From assembly GCA_020696385.1 (NCBI GenBank), contig JAEHCQ010000004.1, forward strand, positions 64,001-128,000: a DNA stretch of 64,000 nucleotides, given 5' to 3'. Below the pieces are notes generated by a model, which was not told where the DNA came from, did not search any database, and saw nothing but the letters and a program-made list of their open reading frames with translations. Made by a program: the position numbers and the translations under genes. Within the stretch, counting starts at the first letter, position 1, and the number at the start of each line of letters is the position of its first letter. This document shows positions 38,217 through 49,048 of this stretch, piece after piece. This DNA comes from Methanobacteriota archaeon (lineage in GTDB: Archaea; Thermoplasmatota; Thermoplasmata; SG8-5; JAGLSY01).

Positions 38217-39385
38217 CAGAATCCCCTCCCGAGAATATGAACTATACAAGTCGAGCCAGTTCCTCCAACATTGTGTATGAGCCCCTTTTCAGCATCCTTC
38301 ACTTGCCTATCGCCAGCTTCGCCTCTTAATTGCAATGTCATTTCAACAGCTTGACCAACTCCAGTGGCTCCCATCGGATTTCCCTTTGCTTTGAGGCCTC
38401 CGGATGTATTGATGGATATCTTGGAGTTCAAAGAAGTTTCACCATCTTCGGTGGCCTTACCGCCCTTGCCTTTCTCAAAGAATCCAAGGTCCTCGATCGC
38501 CATAATCTCCGATATGGAGAAGGCATCATGCACCTCGGCAAGTTGGACATCATTCGGTCCGATACCTGCGTATTTGTAAGCCTTTTTGGAGGCTTCGATC
38601 GTGGCATCCATCCTTGTAAGGCTTGGTCGGTCATGCAGAGCCATATAATCTCCAGCCTGTCCACAGCTCAGGATCTTCACTGGTGAGTCTGTGTATTTCT
38701 TCGCATCCTCCCATGGACACAGTATGACAGCTGCGGCTCCATCCGAAAGGGGCGCACAATCAAAGACACCAAGGGGATCTGCCACCATTGGTGCGTTCAG
38801 AGCCATCTCTATCTTTATCGCTCTCTGGAACTGAGCATCCGGGTTCATGGATCCATTAAGATGATTCTTCACGGCCACTGAGGCCAATTGCTCTTTTGTT
38901 GTGCCAAAATCATTCATGTGTCTTCTTGCCATCATCGCGTACAATGATCCAAGAGTTGCACCAAATACAGCTTCCCATTCCTGGTCCGCGGTGCTTGCCA
39001 GTATCTCAGCTGCTGATTCTTCTCCAACATCCATCATCTTTTCAGCTCCTCCAACGACAACTACATCATGAACACCACTAGCTACCGACATATAAGCCTG
39101 TGAGAGTGCTATACCTCCAGATGCATTTGCTGCTTCCACTCTAACCGAGGGAAGGTTTCTTTCACCAAAACCAGAGTAATCGGCTATGAGAGGGGCGATA
39201 TGCTCCTGATCGATGAGACGGTCAGCCGACATATTTCCGACAAACATAGCATCGATATCATCACCAGCTATGCCAGCGTCTTCCATGGCCTTGAATCCTG
39301 CTTCTATTCCCAGATCTCTGAAGGATCTCTCCCACAATTCACCGAACTTTGTTTCTCCTACTCCGATTATTGCTACTTCTCTCAT
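38216..39385 (-). CDS. Archaeal thiolase-fold protein lacking the canonical catalytic Cys and His
   Basis: GAEKM, DGAAA, EVHDAF, HNVGG present; VEAANASG and KGNPMGATG replace VEAACASG and KGHPxGATG. Confidence 0.9.
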   Translation of the reverse strand: MREVAIIGVGETKFGELWERSFRDLGIEAGFKAMEDAGIAGDDIDAMFVGNMSADRLIDQEHIAPLIADYSGFGERNLPSVRVEAANASGGIALSQAYMSVASGVHDVVVVGGAEKMMDVGEESAAEILASTADQEWEAVFGATLGSLYAMMARRHMNDFGTTKEQLASVAVKNHLNGSMNPDAQFQRAIKIEMALNAPMVADPLGVFDCAPLSDGAAAVILCPWEDAKKYTDSPVKILSCGQAGDYMALHDRPSLTRMDATIEASKKAYKYAGIGPNDVQLAEVHDAFSISEIMAIEDLGFFEKGKGGKATEDGETSLNSKISINTSGGLKAKGNPMGATGVGQAVEMTLQLRGEAGDRQVKDAEKGLIHNVGGTGSTCIVHILGRGF

Positions 39386-39386
39386 C

Positions 39387-40439
39387 TTAGACCCCTCCCA
39401 TCTTTATCTTGCCACGGAATTTTGCATAATTCGCATAATCCAGATATATTAGATCTTGATTCGAGCAGTCGAGACTGCACCAATCACCTGTTCTATAATC
39501 ATCAATGGAATCCTTAACCGTTATATCAAATCCATCTGATCCAGCTCCAGAACCATAGGCCATGACAAATATCCTATCTCCTGGAGCGGCGTGATCTAAT
39601 ACATTGGTCAGGCCAAGAGGTACGGCACCGGAGTAGGTATTGCCAATTATAGGTGTGAGCAGGCCGTATTTCATTTGATCTGGCCCGAATCCCATACTCT
39701 TTCCAATTCTCAATGGGAATTTGCCATTTGGCTGGTGGAAAATAGCATGCTGGTAATCATCAGGTTTAGTTCCCATAGCTTGAAAGAGCTTGTGTGAACA
39801 TGCATTGATATGCTTGAAATAAGCTGGTTCGCCCGTGAACCGACCTGCATGTTTGGGATACATCTGTCCCTCCCTTCTCCAGAAATCAGGTGTATCGGTG
39901 GTGTATGACACAGTGTGATTGATCTCCGCTATCAGGTTATCTTTTCCTATCAAGAAGGCCGCTCCGCCTGCTGAGGCTGAATATTCCAATGGATCTCCAG
40001 GTGCTCCCTGTGATGTGTCCGCGCCTATTGCCATCCCATATTTCACCATATCCGATGTTACAAGACCCATGCAGGTCTGTATCGCGGCAGTTCCAGCTTT
40101 GCAAGCGAATTCAAAATCTGCCGCGGTGAGGTCTGGTGCCGCCCCTATGGCTTCAGATACTATTGTTGCCGATGGTTTTACAGCATATGGATGTGATTCA
40201 GAGCCAACGTATATCGCTCCGATATCATCTGGACATACATCGCATCCTTTCATGGCCTTTCTAGCTGCGGTTACCGCGATAGTGATCACATCTTCATCCG
40301 GACTTGGTATGGATTTCATCTGGATGCCCAGGCCTTTTCCGCGAGCTGTTCCATCCACTCCCCAGACCTTTCCAATATTGTCTGGAGTGATCCTGTATTT
40401 GGGCACATACCCACCGTAGCCAACAATACCTACCGTCAT
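39387..40439 (-). CDS. Hydroxymethylglutaryl-CoA synthase
   Basis: VGSESHPYAVKP, EFACKAG, HQPNGKFP, GNTYSG, YGSGAGSD. Confidence 0.95.
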   Translation of the reverse strand: MTVGIVGYGGYVPKYRITPDNIGKVWGVDGTARGKGLGIQMKSIPSPDEDVITIAVTAARKAMKGCDVCPDDIGAIYVGSESHPYAVKPSATIVSEAIGAAPDLTAADFEFACKAGTAAIQTCMGLVTSDMVKYGMAIGADTSQGAPGDPLEYSASAGGAAFLIGKDNLIAEINHTVSYTTDTPDFWRREGQMYPKHAGRFTGEPAYFKHINACSHKLFQAMGTKPDDYQHAIFHQPNGKFPLRIGKSMGFGPDQMKYGLLTPIIGNTYSGAVPLGLTNVLDHAAPGDRIFVMAYGSGAGSDGFDITVKDSIDDYRTGDWCSLDCSNQDLIYLDYANYAKFRGKIKMGGV

Positions 40440-40465
40440 TGTTAAATTCCTCCTGCATGCTTCAT

Positions 40466-41152
40466 TCAATCACCTATTTCTTTAAATCTTTCGAGAAGCT
40501 CATTTCCTGAGAGTTCGGTCACCAGGAGAATGATATTCTCGAGGGTTGCCAGCCTTAAAGCTAGATCATCCACATTCTCTGGTTTTACATAGACCACCAT
40601 GGCTGGTTTCATTGGATGAGCTCTGACAGCTATCATTGGTGATCTTCCATGTTTCACACCAGTGAACAATAGAGCTCTCTCCGTGCTCCAGCCATATATT
40701 TTCATATAATCCTCCGAGGACAATGTCGTGATGGCCTTCAGGCTGTCTATGAGGGTGAATCCATTTATGCTTCTTTCCAGATTCACACCAGGGTTCAGTA
40801 CCTTTGCCTCTATGAGCTCGCAGAATTCCGATGCGTCCAATGATCTTTTGAACTCACCCATTCCGATTATGGCCTCTATTCCTATATCGGCTCCGAACTG
40901 CTTTGTGATCTGGCCACCTCTTTCCTGATCAATGTTCAACAATCCATCCACGATCTTCCTGACTGTGACAACCCCTGGGGATTGTCTTCTGCCTGCTTCA
41001 TAATCGCTTATTACGGATGTGGATATTTTCAGAAAATTTGCAAGATCCTTCTGCGATATCTCAAAAAGAGTTCTCCATTTCTTTATAGTGCTCCCAGGCT
41101 CATTAGATACAGTGATCTCTCCTGCGATCTTTTGCCTGAGCATCTCGGTCAT
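40466..41152 (-). CDS. Archaeal HTH transcriptional regulator associated with the HMGCS cluster
   Basis: IAGEI...WR..F.ISQ..LA...SVISDYE.GRR.SPG. Confidence 0.85.
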   Translation of the reverse strand: MTEMLRQKIAGEITVSNEPGSTIKKWRTLFEISQKDLANFLKISTSVISDYEAGRRQSPGVVTVRKIVDGLLNIDQERGGQITKQFGADIGIEAIIGMGEFKRSLDASEFCELIEAKVLNPGVNLERSINGFTLIDSLKAITTLSSEDYMKIYGWSTERALLFTGVKHGRSPMIAVRAHPMKPAMVVYVKPENVDDLALRLATLENIILLVTELSGNELLERFKEIGD

Positions 41153-41229
41153 TGGAGGGTGATCGAAATAACACTATTTATTATTGTCGAAGTGAATAAC
41201 GTCAAATGACGAATATGAATATGATTGAA

Positions 41230-42531
41230 TTAACTCTTCTTGGTCTTTTTGGTCGTTGTTTTCTTAGTGGTCTTCTTGACCGTGGACCCTTTTGGGCCAG
41301 GCTCTGTAGAGGTTTCCTCTATGACCACTGGCTTCTGAGCTTCAAGCTCGAAAACAACAGCCTTCGCGATCTTTTGATTCATATCCTTATCGACCTTGTC
41401 AAACCTCTTAACAAGAGCTTTAATCTCCTGTTCCAACTTCTTTGATTTACTGGTAGATAATTTTTCAACTTCTTTTTCCAGGTCAGTTGTCCTGTCATTT
41501 AGGTTATGGATCCTTTTGCTATCTCTGAAAACAGTATCCTTGATCTCTTCAGTTATAGCGGTGTTCTTTTTCAATTCCTTGATCTCTTTTTCTGAGTTTC
41601 TGACCTTAGTGTTCGTTTTTCGGTCTGTGTCCCTCAATTCCTTGATATCATCCAATAGATCATCATTTCCTTTATCATCATCTGCAATGGATTCAAGGCT
41701 ATCAATCTTCAATATAGTTGCCTGTAACTTCTTTCTGAGGCCTTCGAATGAATCATTCAATCCATCTCTGAGGTCATTGAATTCTTTTTCAAGTGCGCTC
41801 ATCTGTCCTTCCATTCCATTGAATTGCTCCTCGATTTCACTGAATTGCTCCTCTACCTCGCCGATAGCGGTCTCTACCTCGACCTCCATCTCGGAAGCAA
41901 TGGCCTCTATCTCGACCTTTTCGAAGGCCTGTATCTCCATCAATTCCCGTTCATATCTGGCAAATCTCTCATGATCGTCTGTCTCTATCTCTCTGTAGAG
42001 TTCCTGAATCAGAATTCTGGCTTTCTCGATCTTCTCTGCCTGTGCCTTTGATTGCTCGTCCAGCCATGGGTTCAATTGCAGTATGTTATCAGATTCCTTT
42101 TTCACATCATCCATATGGGATTCGATGCCTCCAAGGAGCTCCAGGCGCTTGGCACTTGCCAGATCCCTGTCCGCATCCAGTATGGATATGCGATTAGCTT
42201 CATCCTCCGTCCATTGAGTGTATGGGGGAAAGATCTGCATGAAGTCAAAGCTTTTCTCAGAGATCTTGCTTCGAACCTCTTCGAACTCTCCTTCCACGAT
42301 CAGGATCCTTGACCTATTGCTTTTCTTCAATAGAACACTCACACTGTGATTTGGGTGAAAGAAAGCCTCTATGCTGTAAGGAAAGCCTTTGTAAACAGAG
42401 GGCAGGTGCCTCTCATCAATATCCATCTTGCCAAGATACTCTTTGTAATTCGCGACATAGACATCGATGAATTCTTCTATCGCCTTCTTAAGATCATCAC
42501 CCATAAATAAAGCATCATTCTCGGGACTCAT
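41230..42531 (-). CDS. Hypothetical coiled-coil protein with Lys/Thr-rich tail
   Basis: Heptad E/K-rich C-terminal two-thirds. Confidence 0.65.
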   Translation of the reverse strand: MSPENDALFMGDDLKKAIEEFIDVYVANYKEYLGKMDIDERHLPSVYKGFPYSIEAFFHPNHSVSVLLKKSNRSRILIVEGEFEEVRSKISEKSFDFMQIFPPYTQWTEDEANRISILDADRDLASAKRLELLGGIESHMDDVKKESDNILQLNPWLDEQSKAQAEKIEKARILIQELYREIETDDHERFARYERELMEIQAFEKVEIEAIASEMEVEVETAIGEVEEQFSEIEEQFNGMEGQMSALEKEFNDLRDGLNDSFEGLRKKLQATILKIDSLESIADDDKGNDDLLDDIKELRDTDRKTNTKVRNSEKEIKELKKNTAITEEIKDTVFRDSKRIHNLNDRTTDLEKEVEKLSTSKSKKLEQEIKALVKRFDKVDKDMNQKIAKAVVFELEAQKPVVIEETSTEPGPKGSTVKKTTKKTTTKKTKKS

Positions 42532-42598
42532 ACTAACACCGCCCTTTAATTGATGCCGAGACCTAAAAACCTTTGGTTCAATAATTAAACGAAAAAAA

Positions 42599-44734
42599 TC
42601 ACTCTTTTACCTGGTCTTTGATGCTCTTCGCGGTGATATCCCCTATCATCGGCACCCTGCTTATGTCCTTCAGTGTGGCTCTTTGTATGGTGTAAATGTC
42701 CTTGTAACCAGCTCGGAAAAGAGATCGGGCTCTTTTCCGCCCAATACCTCTTAATTTGACCAGTGGGACAAGCTCTTCTTTTATTCCGCTCTTCACTCTC
42801 AATACCAATTCATTGAGATCCTCTGTCATCTTATTCCCGAAAAGCCTGGCTATCTCTCTCATTGAATATGTGAGCCATTCTGCGGTATCCACCCTATTCC
42901 TGATGTCACCGGGTCCGACATTGTATTTCAAAACAATGTCGTTCTCCTCAACTTCTTCCATCCAGTCATTTATCAAAAGAGCGGTCTTGACCTCTCCAAG
43001 GAAGAAGTCGAACTCCATGCCATCTGGAATTGGTAGAAGGAAATTATCCATGTTCTCCTCCACCACTTTCTCCACCCAGTCATAGTCCTTCTTTCTCATG
43101 TAGAGATTGTACATATCGGGCGTGGAGCATATGGCCTGCAATATCGCCAATGTGCTTTTTGTCTTGTCCTCTCCAGCTTCTATCGCATCACGTAATTGTA
43201 CAGCGGATAGAGGATCTATATAAAGGTCAGATGTTCGCTTGCCGAATAATGTCGCTTTCAATCCATCATCGGTTCTGATAAGCTCTTCCTTTTCCAGAAA
43301 TTCCAGTATTTCCATGATCTTGCTCTCGATGGACCAGAGCTCACCCTGATGAGCGAAGAAGGTCCCGTCAATGAATTCCATAAGCTCTTCTTCAGAGATC
43401 GCGAATCCAGTTGCGATGGTAGCCAGTATATGCATCCTCAGGGCTGATTCACTTCCCAATTTGGAGGACACGGCCTCGACATCACCCAGTATATATCTCT
43501 CGAGTATCTTTCTTCTTTGATACTCATCCTTGGCTATCAATATTCCTTCACCATAGGGATCGAATTGCGGCCTACCAGCCCTGCCACACATTTGTCTTAT
43601 CTCCAGTACTGGAATTGGAATATTTCCATAATTTGCATCAAATCTGGTCAGGTCCCTTACTATGACCCTTCGGGCAGGGAGGTTGATACCAGCCGCCAGT
43701 GTAGGAGTGGCGACTATGCATTTGATTTTTCTATCCCGAAAGTTCTTTTCAACGAACTTTCTCTGTACATTTGTAAGGCCAGCGTTGTGGAAAGCGATAC
43801 CTCCTTCCAGACACCTTTCCAATCTTGCTCCGAAGGATGTTGGCTCCTCCTCCTTGCTTGATAATTGACCTGCCAGGGTTTTTAATGTGTCTGCATCTTC
43901 CTCTTTCAAAAGTTTGATATTCGCCTTGCTCAACCTCTCGGCCAGGCTTTCGGTAGAGCGTCTTGTGTTCACGAAGACAATACACTGACCATCATCCTCC
44001 AAGGTATCGAGCACCAGTGATACGATATTGTGCTTCCTGTTCAGTATTGGTCTTATGGTATTATCAAGAAATTCTATTTTGTATTCATCAGAGCTTTTAT
44101 CTTCAGTGTATATGCCGTATTTGAGATCAACAGGTCTCCAATCACTGGATACATGAGCCGCACCAAGCCATATTGATAGATCCAATGAATTGCTTATGGT
44201 TGCAGAAAGAGCTATGATCTGCAATTCAGGGTTTACCAGTTTCATCTTCGTGAGTGTGACCTCGAGGGTCGGTCCCCTATTTGGATCATTCATGAGATGC
44301 ACTTCATCCGCGACCACAACTGTCATCTTGTCCAGCCAGCGTGTCCTGTGTCGGAGAAGGGAGTCTGCCTTCTCCGATGTGGCAACAACAATATCCAATT
44401 TTTCCAATGAGGGATCAGGATCATCGAAATCCCCTGTCGCCCTCCCAATTTTAATTCCCAGAACCTCAAATGCCTTTAATTCATCATATTTCTCATTTGC
44501 CAGGGCTTTCAAGGGAACTATGTACAGAGCCTTACCCCCCTCCAATACAGATCTGATGATGCCGATATATGCGACAAGTGATTTGCCACTGGCAGTTGGC
44601 ACTGCCAGTACCAGCGATTCGCCTTTCAATATATGCTTCACCGCATCCGCTTGGGGAGGATAAAGCTCCTTTATGCCCTGATCCTGCAGGATCTCGATCA
44701 TGCGTTTGTCGATAGCCAATTCATCTGTTCTCAT
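42599..44734 (-). CDS. hel308: Ski2-like DNA helicase Hel308/Hjm
   Basis: PTASGKS, DEVH, LSAT, TLAAGINLPAR, QMCGRAGRP, C-terminal HhH. Confidence 0.95.
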   Translation of the reverse strand: MRTDELAIDKRMIEILQDQGIKELYPPQADAVKHILKGESLVLAVPTASGKSLVAYIGIIRSVLEGGKALYIVPLKALANEKYDELKAFEVLGIKIGRATGDFDDPDPSLEKLDIVVATSEKADSLLRHRTRWLDKMTVVVADEVHLMNDPNRGPTLEVTLTKMKLVNPELQIIALSATISNSLDLSIWLGAAHVSSDWRPVDLKYGIYTEDKSSDEYKIEFLDNTIRPILNRKHNIVSLVLDTLEDDGQCIVFVNTRRSTESLAERLSKANIKLLKEEDADTLKTLAGQLSSKEEEPTSFGARLERCLEGGIAFHNAGLTNVQRKFVEKNFRDRKIKCIVATPTLAAGINLPARRVIVRDLTRFDANYGNIPIPVLEIRQMCGRAGRPQFDPYGEGILIAKDEYQRRKILERYILGDVEAVSSKLGSESALRMHILATIATGFAISEEELMEFIDGTFFAHQGELWSIESKIMEILEFLEKEELIRTDDGLKATLFGKRTSDLYIDPLSAVQLRDAIEAGEDKTKSTLAILQAICSTPDMYNLYMRKKDYDWVEKVVEENMDNFLLPIPDGMEFDFFLGEVKTALLINDWMEEVEENDIVLKYNVGPGDIRNRVDTAEWLTYSMREIARLFGNKMTEDLNELVLRVKSGIKEELVPLVKLRGIGRKRARSLFRAGYKDIYTIQRATLKDISRVPMIGDITAKSIKDQVKE

Positions 44735-47700
44735 TTTTCATCCACAGGCTCATTTTGTGTAATATCGGTCTCTTCAACCTGCTTAGATGATTCGATCTCT
44801 TCAATTTGTTCAGGCTTATCATTTGATGCGTCCTCCTCTATATGAGGGACTTCATCATCATCATCATCACCATCATCATCACCGAGGTCTTCATCATCTC
44901 CTGCTGGCTTGGATCTTCTTCCTTTCAGGAACCAGGCAGCGGATATCACACCTACAAGAATTATTATCGGTATCAGGTATAACAGCCACGGAGTTTCGGT
45001 TCCAACTACTGGTAATTCATGGGCAAGGTCCTGGATATCATCAAGTGTGGAGGCTGAATTTCCAGATGTGTCGGTTGCATTTATGTAATAATATACAGTG
45101 CCGCTCTTGGTTTGAGCTGGTATCGTGAAAGAATATTCGTCATCGCTAGTTTCATTATTGCTCATTGACCTTTTCACCCATAGGTCTCCGCCAACTGCCT
45201 TGAAATACAGTGAAACTTCGTCGAGGTCGACATTGTCAGTTACTGTTGCGGAGATCCTTATGGATTTATCTTCCAGTATCTCAGCGTCTTTGAGTACTAT
45301 CACTGGTTTGATATCATCTATTATATTGATCGACCTCAAGCTACTATCATTCTTATTTCCATGAGTATCTGTTGCGGAGATATTGTACGTGATAACTCCA
45401 ATATTATCCTGCTGTGGAATTACAGCTTGATAGTTTCTGGCTACAGGATCGAAACTTAGGTTCATCTCTTTAGCAAAAGGAGCACTGCTTTCCCAATAGA
45501 TCATTGCCACATTTTGAATGGCCGAGAAATCAGTTACTTCCACATCGATAGAGACTGTCTGGCCAACGGGCTGTTCAGTTATGTTTGGCATCACGATCTC
45601 CGGCATTTTCATATCCTTTACCTTAAATGAATATAGGGTGGTATTTCCGGTATTGCCGATCACATCACTCGCCCATATGTACAGGGATACATTTCCCAAT
45701 GCATTCTGCGCTGGTATTGTGGCAGAATATCGATCATTGTTCAAATCTGTATTATTTTCCATATTCAATGCAGAATATGTGCTTTCTCCAACTCCTTTGT
45801 AGTATAGCTTTGTTTCATCGATCTTGCCATTGTAATCCTTTATCTCCGCACTTATGGTCACTGTTTCATCATAATTGACATCGAATGTACCATTCTGCAT
45901 TATCGTGAATAGCATATCAGACACTTCGATGACCAATTGAAGTTGGATAACAGGAGCATCCGTATCTATGCCAGTGCTGAAGCTCCATGAATAGTCTCCA
46001 TCCATGACATTATCCGAGATGTCCTTTGGACCATTGTCAAGAGTTGCTGTGTATGTGGTACTGTAAAGCAATGGGGTCAATGGCGAGAGTCGTATCTCAT
46101 CATCATAATCAGACCAGGTTATGAAGAAATCATTGACATTGAAGGTTCGGTTCCCATCTGTTAAGCTGAAGGTATTTTCCACACTGGCTCTATCCATAGG
46201 TTCAGAGAATTCGATGTAAATTGACTTGAATATTGAAACATCGATGGAGCCATCCAGAGGAGTTGCGGATGTGATAATTGGGTTGTATGTATCCGAAACA
46301 ACACTTCCCGAATGATATATGTTAATTCCAACTTCTCTGTAATCACGCCATACCAGGGATACATCACCATAGACATTGCATGCTATTGCCGGAAAGTTCT
46401 TGGATTGTGTGCTTTCATCATTTACCACATCATAGCCTGTGAAGGTCGATCCACCATCCGAGGATGAGTAAAGGAATACCTGATAACCTCCAAGTCTGGA
46501 ATCTATCCATGTGACATATATTATGCCGCCATCAGGAGTTACTGCTATATCCGAAGCTTGCTGAACTGCAGTGGTGCCGTCAATTATCTTCACATTGCTG
46601 AAGCCATCGGACGAATTGGAATAATGGATGTCGTATATTGGATTGGAATTATCTCCGCCAGTTCCCTTTTGCCAGGTGATGTGGACAATTCCTGTATCTC
46701 TCTCCACATCCAATGCCGGAGTGTTCTCCACCTTGTTAGTTACGGAGATATCAATATCCATGGAGAAGCTGGCACCATTGTCTGTTGAGTTTGCATAATA
46801 TATCCCCTCATTGCCTGTTCTGTCATCACTCCAGACAATGTGGGTGCCATTATTGGCATCCATTACGATATCTGGTGAATTCTTCGATCCTTTCAGTGTA
46901 TCGGATACAATAATTGGATCGCTGAAGGTCTGCCCTCCATCTGATGAGTAAGCACAGAATATTTGACTCTCCAGAAGTCCTTTCATTCTGGAGTTCCCTC
47001 CTGCTGTGGCTATCTCGCCATTTGTTTGCGACCAGTCCAAAGAATACACGGTGTTCCTGTGCCCGCTTAGATTGACAAGATTCATAGTTGAATCTGTGTC
47101 CCATATCCTGGCATTTGGCTCGGATGCTACAGAGGCTAGTTGATCTGTCACTTCATTCCATTGCAGATCATTCACACTTCCTTCATGGCCCTCCAGCCAA
47201 AATTGGTCTGTATAATTTGTATGATTGAAGACCAATATTGAATTATTGGTAAGTCCAGCTGCAATGAAGATATCATCCGGTGACCAGGCCACGGAATTCA
47301 CTTTCGATATTCCAACATCGAAATCATATTCCAGGCTGCCGTTTGTTGGATTCCATACCTTCACATTGTTGGAAGCTGTGGCTATAAGGCCATCATCATG
47401 GCTGAACTTTACGTCCATTATAGAACTGGAGTCTCCACCACCTGACTTTTCATTCACGGTGAAGCTGCTCCAATCTCCTGTATCCCAGACAGTCACATTG
47501 TAATATTCATCAGGCAATCCATCAGAGAATGAATTTGGATTCTCCTTTCCATTGTAACCAACTGCGATATGACCCATATCATCAGAGATATCAACTGCAT
47601 TGGCAGGGTTATCTATCATGATCCCTCCGACCTCATCCAGATCGTCCAATTCATCCAGGGTTACAGGATCCCATATCTTCACGGATCCGTCCCATGAAGT

Positions 47701-48489
47701 GCTGACGAATCTTGATCCATCACTGTACCATGCGATATCTGTAACTATGTCCCTATGGTTGTATATAGAATCGATCTCGGTCCATGTTGTGGTATCCCAG
47801 ACGATGATCGAGCTATCTTCGGAGCCAGATGCTAAGATGTCGCCATCTGGTGAGTATCCCAAACCTCTAACAGCACCTGTGTGTCCATCCAAGGTTTCCA
47901 GTAGATCGCCATTGGTTGGATCCCATATCTTGATAGTGTTATCGGAGCCTGCATCGATCCAACTCACTGCCACATTATCTCCATTGGCAGCTACGGATGG
48001 CCAGTTCTGGATGGAATTGCTCATGTTCGCAACTTCCTGAGGTTCCTCAAAGGACTTTCCGCCATCCATCGATCTGCTTATAAAGACATGATCGTCTTGA
48101 TATGAGTCCTGCCATACGACATAGACATCATCCCCGCCACCATTTGCCAGGGCGGGCATTATCTGATTCCCGTTCGTATTAAGATTCACGGTCTTGTCAT
48201 CTGTAAATGAGGTTCCATTATTGGAGCTGTATGAGATATAAACATTCTTATTACCTCCCCTTTCCTCACTCCATGTGGAGATTATCCTTCCTGAATCAAG
48301 AACAGTTACATCGATATTTGTCTTAAGTCCAGTATAGCTGTCATCATTTACCTTGATGTTCGTGGATAGGCTGATAGCTCCAACATTGGGAGATACATTC
48401 ATTATCAAGCCGGATAACATGGCTGTTATCATCAGCATCGTTATAAACAGGGTGAATTTTTTTTTCAAGTAGACCACCTTTATAGACAT
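44731..48489 (-). CDS. Large surface protein: BNR/Asp-box propeller, WD40 propeller, Ig-like domains, C-terminal TM
   Basis: Signal peptide; SxDGGxSF boxes; GHTGAV...ASGSED..IIVWD repeats; FSEPMD Ig-like motif; TM and acidic tail. Confidence 0.85.
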   Translation of the reverse strand: MSIKVVYLKKKFTLFITMLMITAMLSGLIMNVSPNVGAISLSTNIKVNDDSYTGLKTNIDVTVLDSGRIISTWSEERGGNKNVYISYSSNNGTSFTDDKTVNLNTNGNQIMPALANGGGDDVYVVWQDSYQDDHVFISRSMDGGKSFEEPQEVANMSNSIQNWPSVAANGDNVAVSWIDAGSDNTIKIWDPTNGDLLETLDGHTGAVRGLGYSPDGDILASGSEDSSIIVWDTTTWTEIDSIYNHRDIVTDIAWYSDGSRFVSTSWDGSVKIWDPVTLDELDDLDEVGGIMIDNPANAVDISDDMGHIAVGYNGKENPNSFSDGLPDEYYNVTVWDTGDWSSFTVNEKSGGGDSSSIMDVKFSHDDGLIATASNNVKVWNPTNGSLEYDFDVGISKVNSVAWSPDDIFIAAGLTNNSILVFNHTNYTDQFWLEGHEGSVNDLQWNEVTDQLASVASEPNARIWDTDSTMNLVNLSGHRNTVYSLDWSQTNGEIATAGGNSRMKGLLESQIFCAYSSDGGQTFSDPIIVSDTLKGSKNSPDIVMDANNGTHIVWSDDRTGNEGIYYANSTDNGASFSMDIDISVTNKVENTPALDVERDTGIVHITWQKGTGGDNSNPIYDIHYSNSSDGFSNVKIIDGTTAVQQASDIAVTPDGGIIYVTWIDSRLGGYQVFLYSSSDGGSTFTGYDVVNDESTQSKNFPAIACNVYGDVSLVWRDYREVGINIYHSGSVVSDTYNPIITSATPLDGSIDVSIFKSIYIEFSEPMDRASVENTFSLTDGNRTFNVNDFFITWSDYDDEIRLSPLTPLLYSTTYTATLDNGPKDISDNVMDGDYSWSFSTGIDTDAPVIQLQLVIEVSDMLFTIMQNGTFDVNYDETVTISAEIKDYNGKIDETKLYYKGVGESTYSALNMENNTDLNNDRYSATIPAQNALGNVSLYIWASDVIGNTGNTTLYSFKVKDMKMPEIVMPNITEQPVGQTVSIDVEVTDFSAIQNVAMIYWESSAPFAKEMNLSFDPVARNYQAVIPQQDNIGVITYNISATDTHGNKNDSSLRSINIIDDIKPVIVLKDAEILEDKSIRISATVTDNVDLDEVSLYFKAVGGDLWVKRSMSNNETSDDEYSFTIPAQTKSGTVYYYINATDTSGNSASTLDDIQDLAHELPVVGTETPWLLYLIPIIILVGVISAAWFLKGRRSKPAGDDEDLGDDDGDDDDDEVPHIEEDASNDKPEQIEEIESSKQVEETDITQNEPVDEK

Positions 48490-48583
48490 TGTATTACATA
48501 CTATAATATTATAGATTTTCGCTATTATTTGATATCATATGCCATTTGAGAGCATATTCCAATCTTTTATCCTCATCATCTCA

Positions 48584-49048
48584 TTATTTGGATCTATTGA
48601 CGATCTCGAATCCTTTCCTGGTTATCAGCCTGTCATTTTCATGCTTTAGCAGTTTCATGGCTTCCTCTTCCCCGGACCATAGATACTCACTGAACTCCTT
48701 CTCCATATTGAGTGTGGGGTCGCCATCCACCTTCATGAGGAAATAATGAACGCTCTTATTGTAATTCATATCATCCGGATACCAGAAAAAGGTGTACCGG
48801 ACGATACCAACTGGCCTATCGATATAAGGTGCTTCAATGCCGGATTCTTCCGTGACCTCCCTCAGGGCATTTTCCCTCAGGGTCTCGCCTTCTTCCCGCT
48901 TGCCCTTTGGAAGTACCCAGATCTTCTCCACCTTCCTCTTCATTATCAATACTTTATTATCATCATTGAACAGAACGCCACCAGCTGATACCACAAGCTC
49001 GGTGGGTTTGTCTGGGTTTGGAGGACCGGTCATTCTCTGATTGCCCAT
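48584..49048 (-). CDS. NUDIX hydrolase (Ap4A hydrolase-like)
   Basis: LPKGKREEGETLRENALREVTEESG Nudix box. Confidence 0.9.
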   Translation of the reverse strand: MGNQRMTGPPNPDKPTELVVSAGGVLFNDDNKVLIMKRKVEKIWVLPKGKREEGETLRENALREVTEESGIEAPYIDRPVGIVRYTFFWYPDDMNYNKSVHYFLMKVDGDPTLNMEKEFSEYLWSGEEEAMKLLKHENDRLITRKGFEIVNRSK

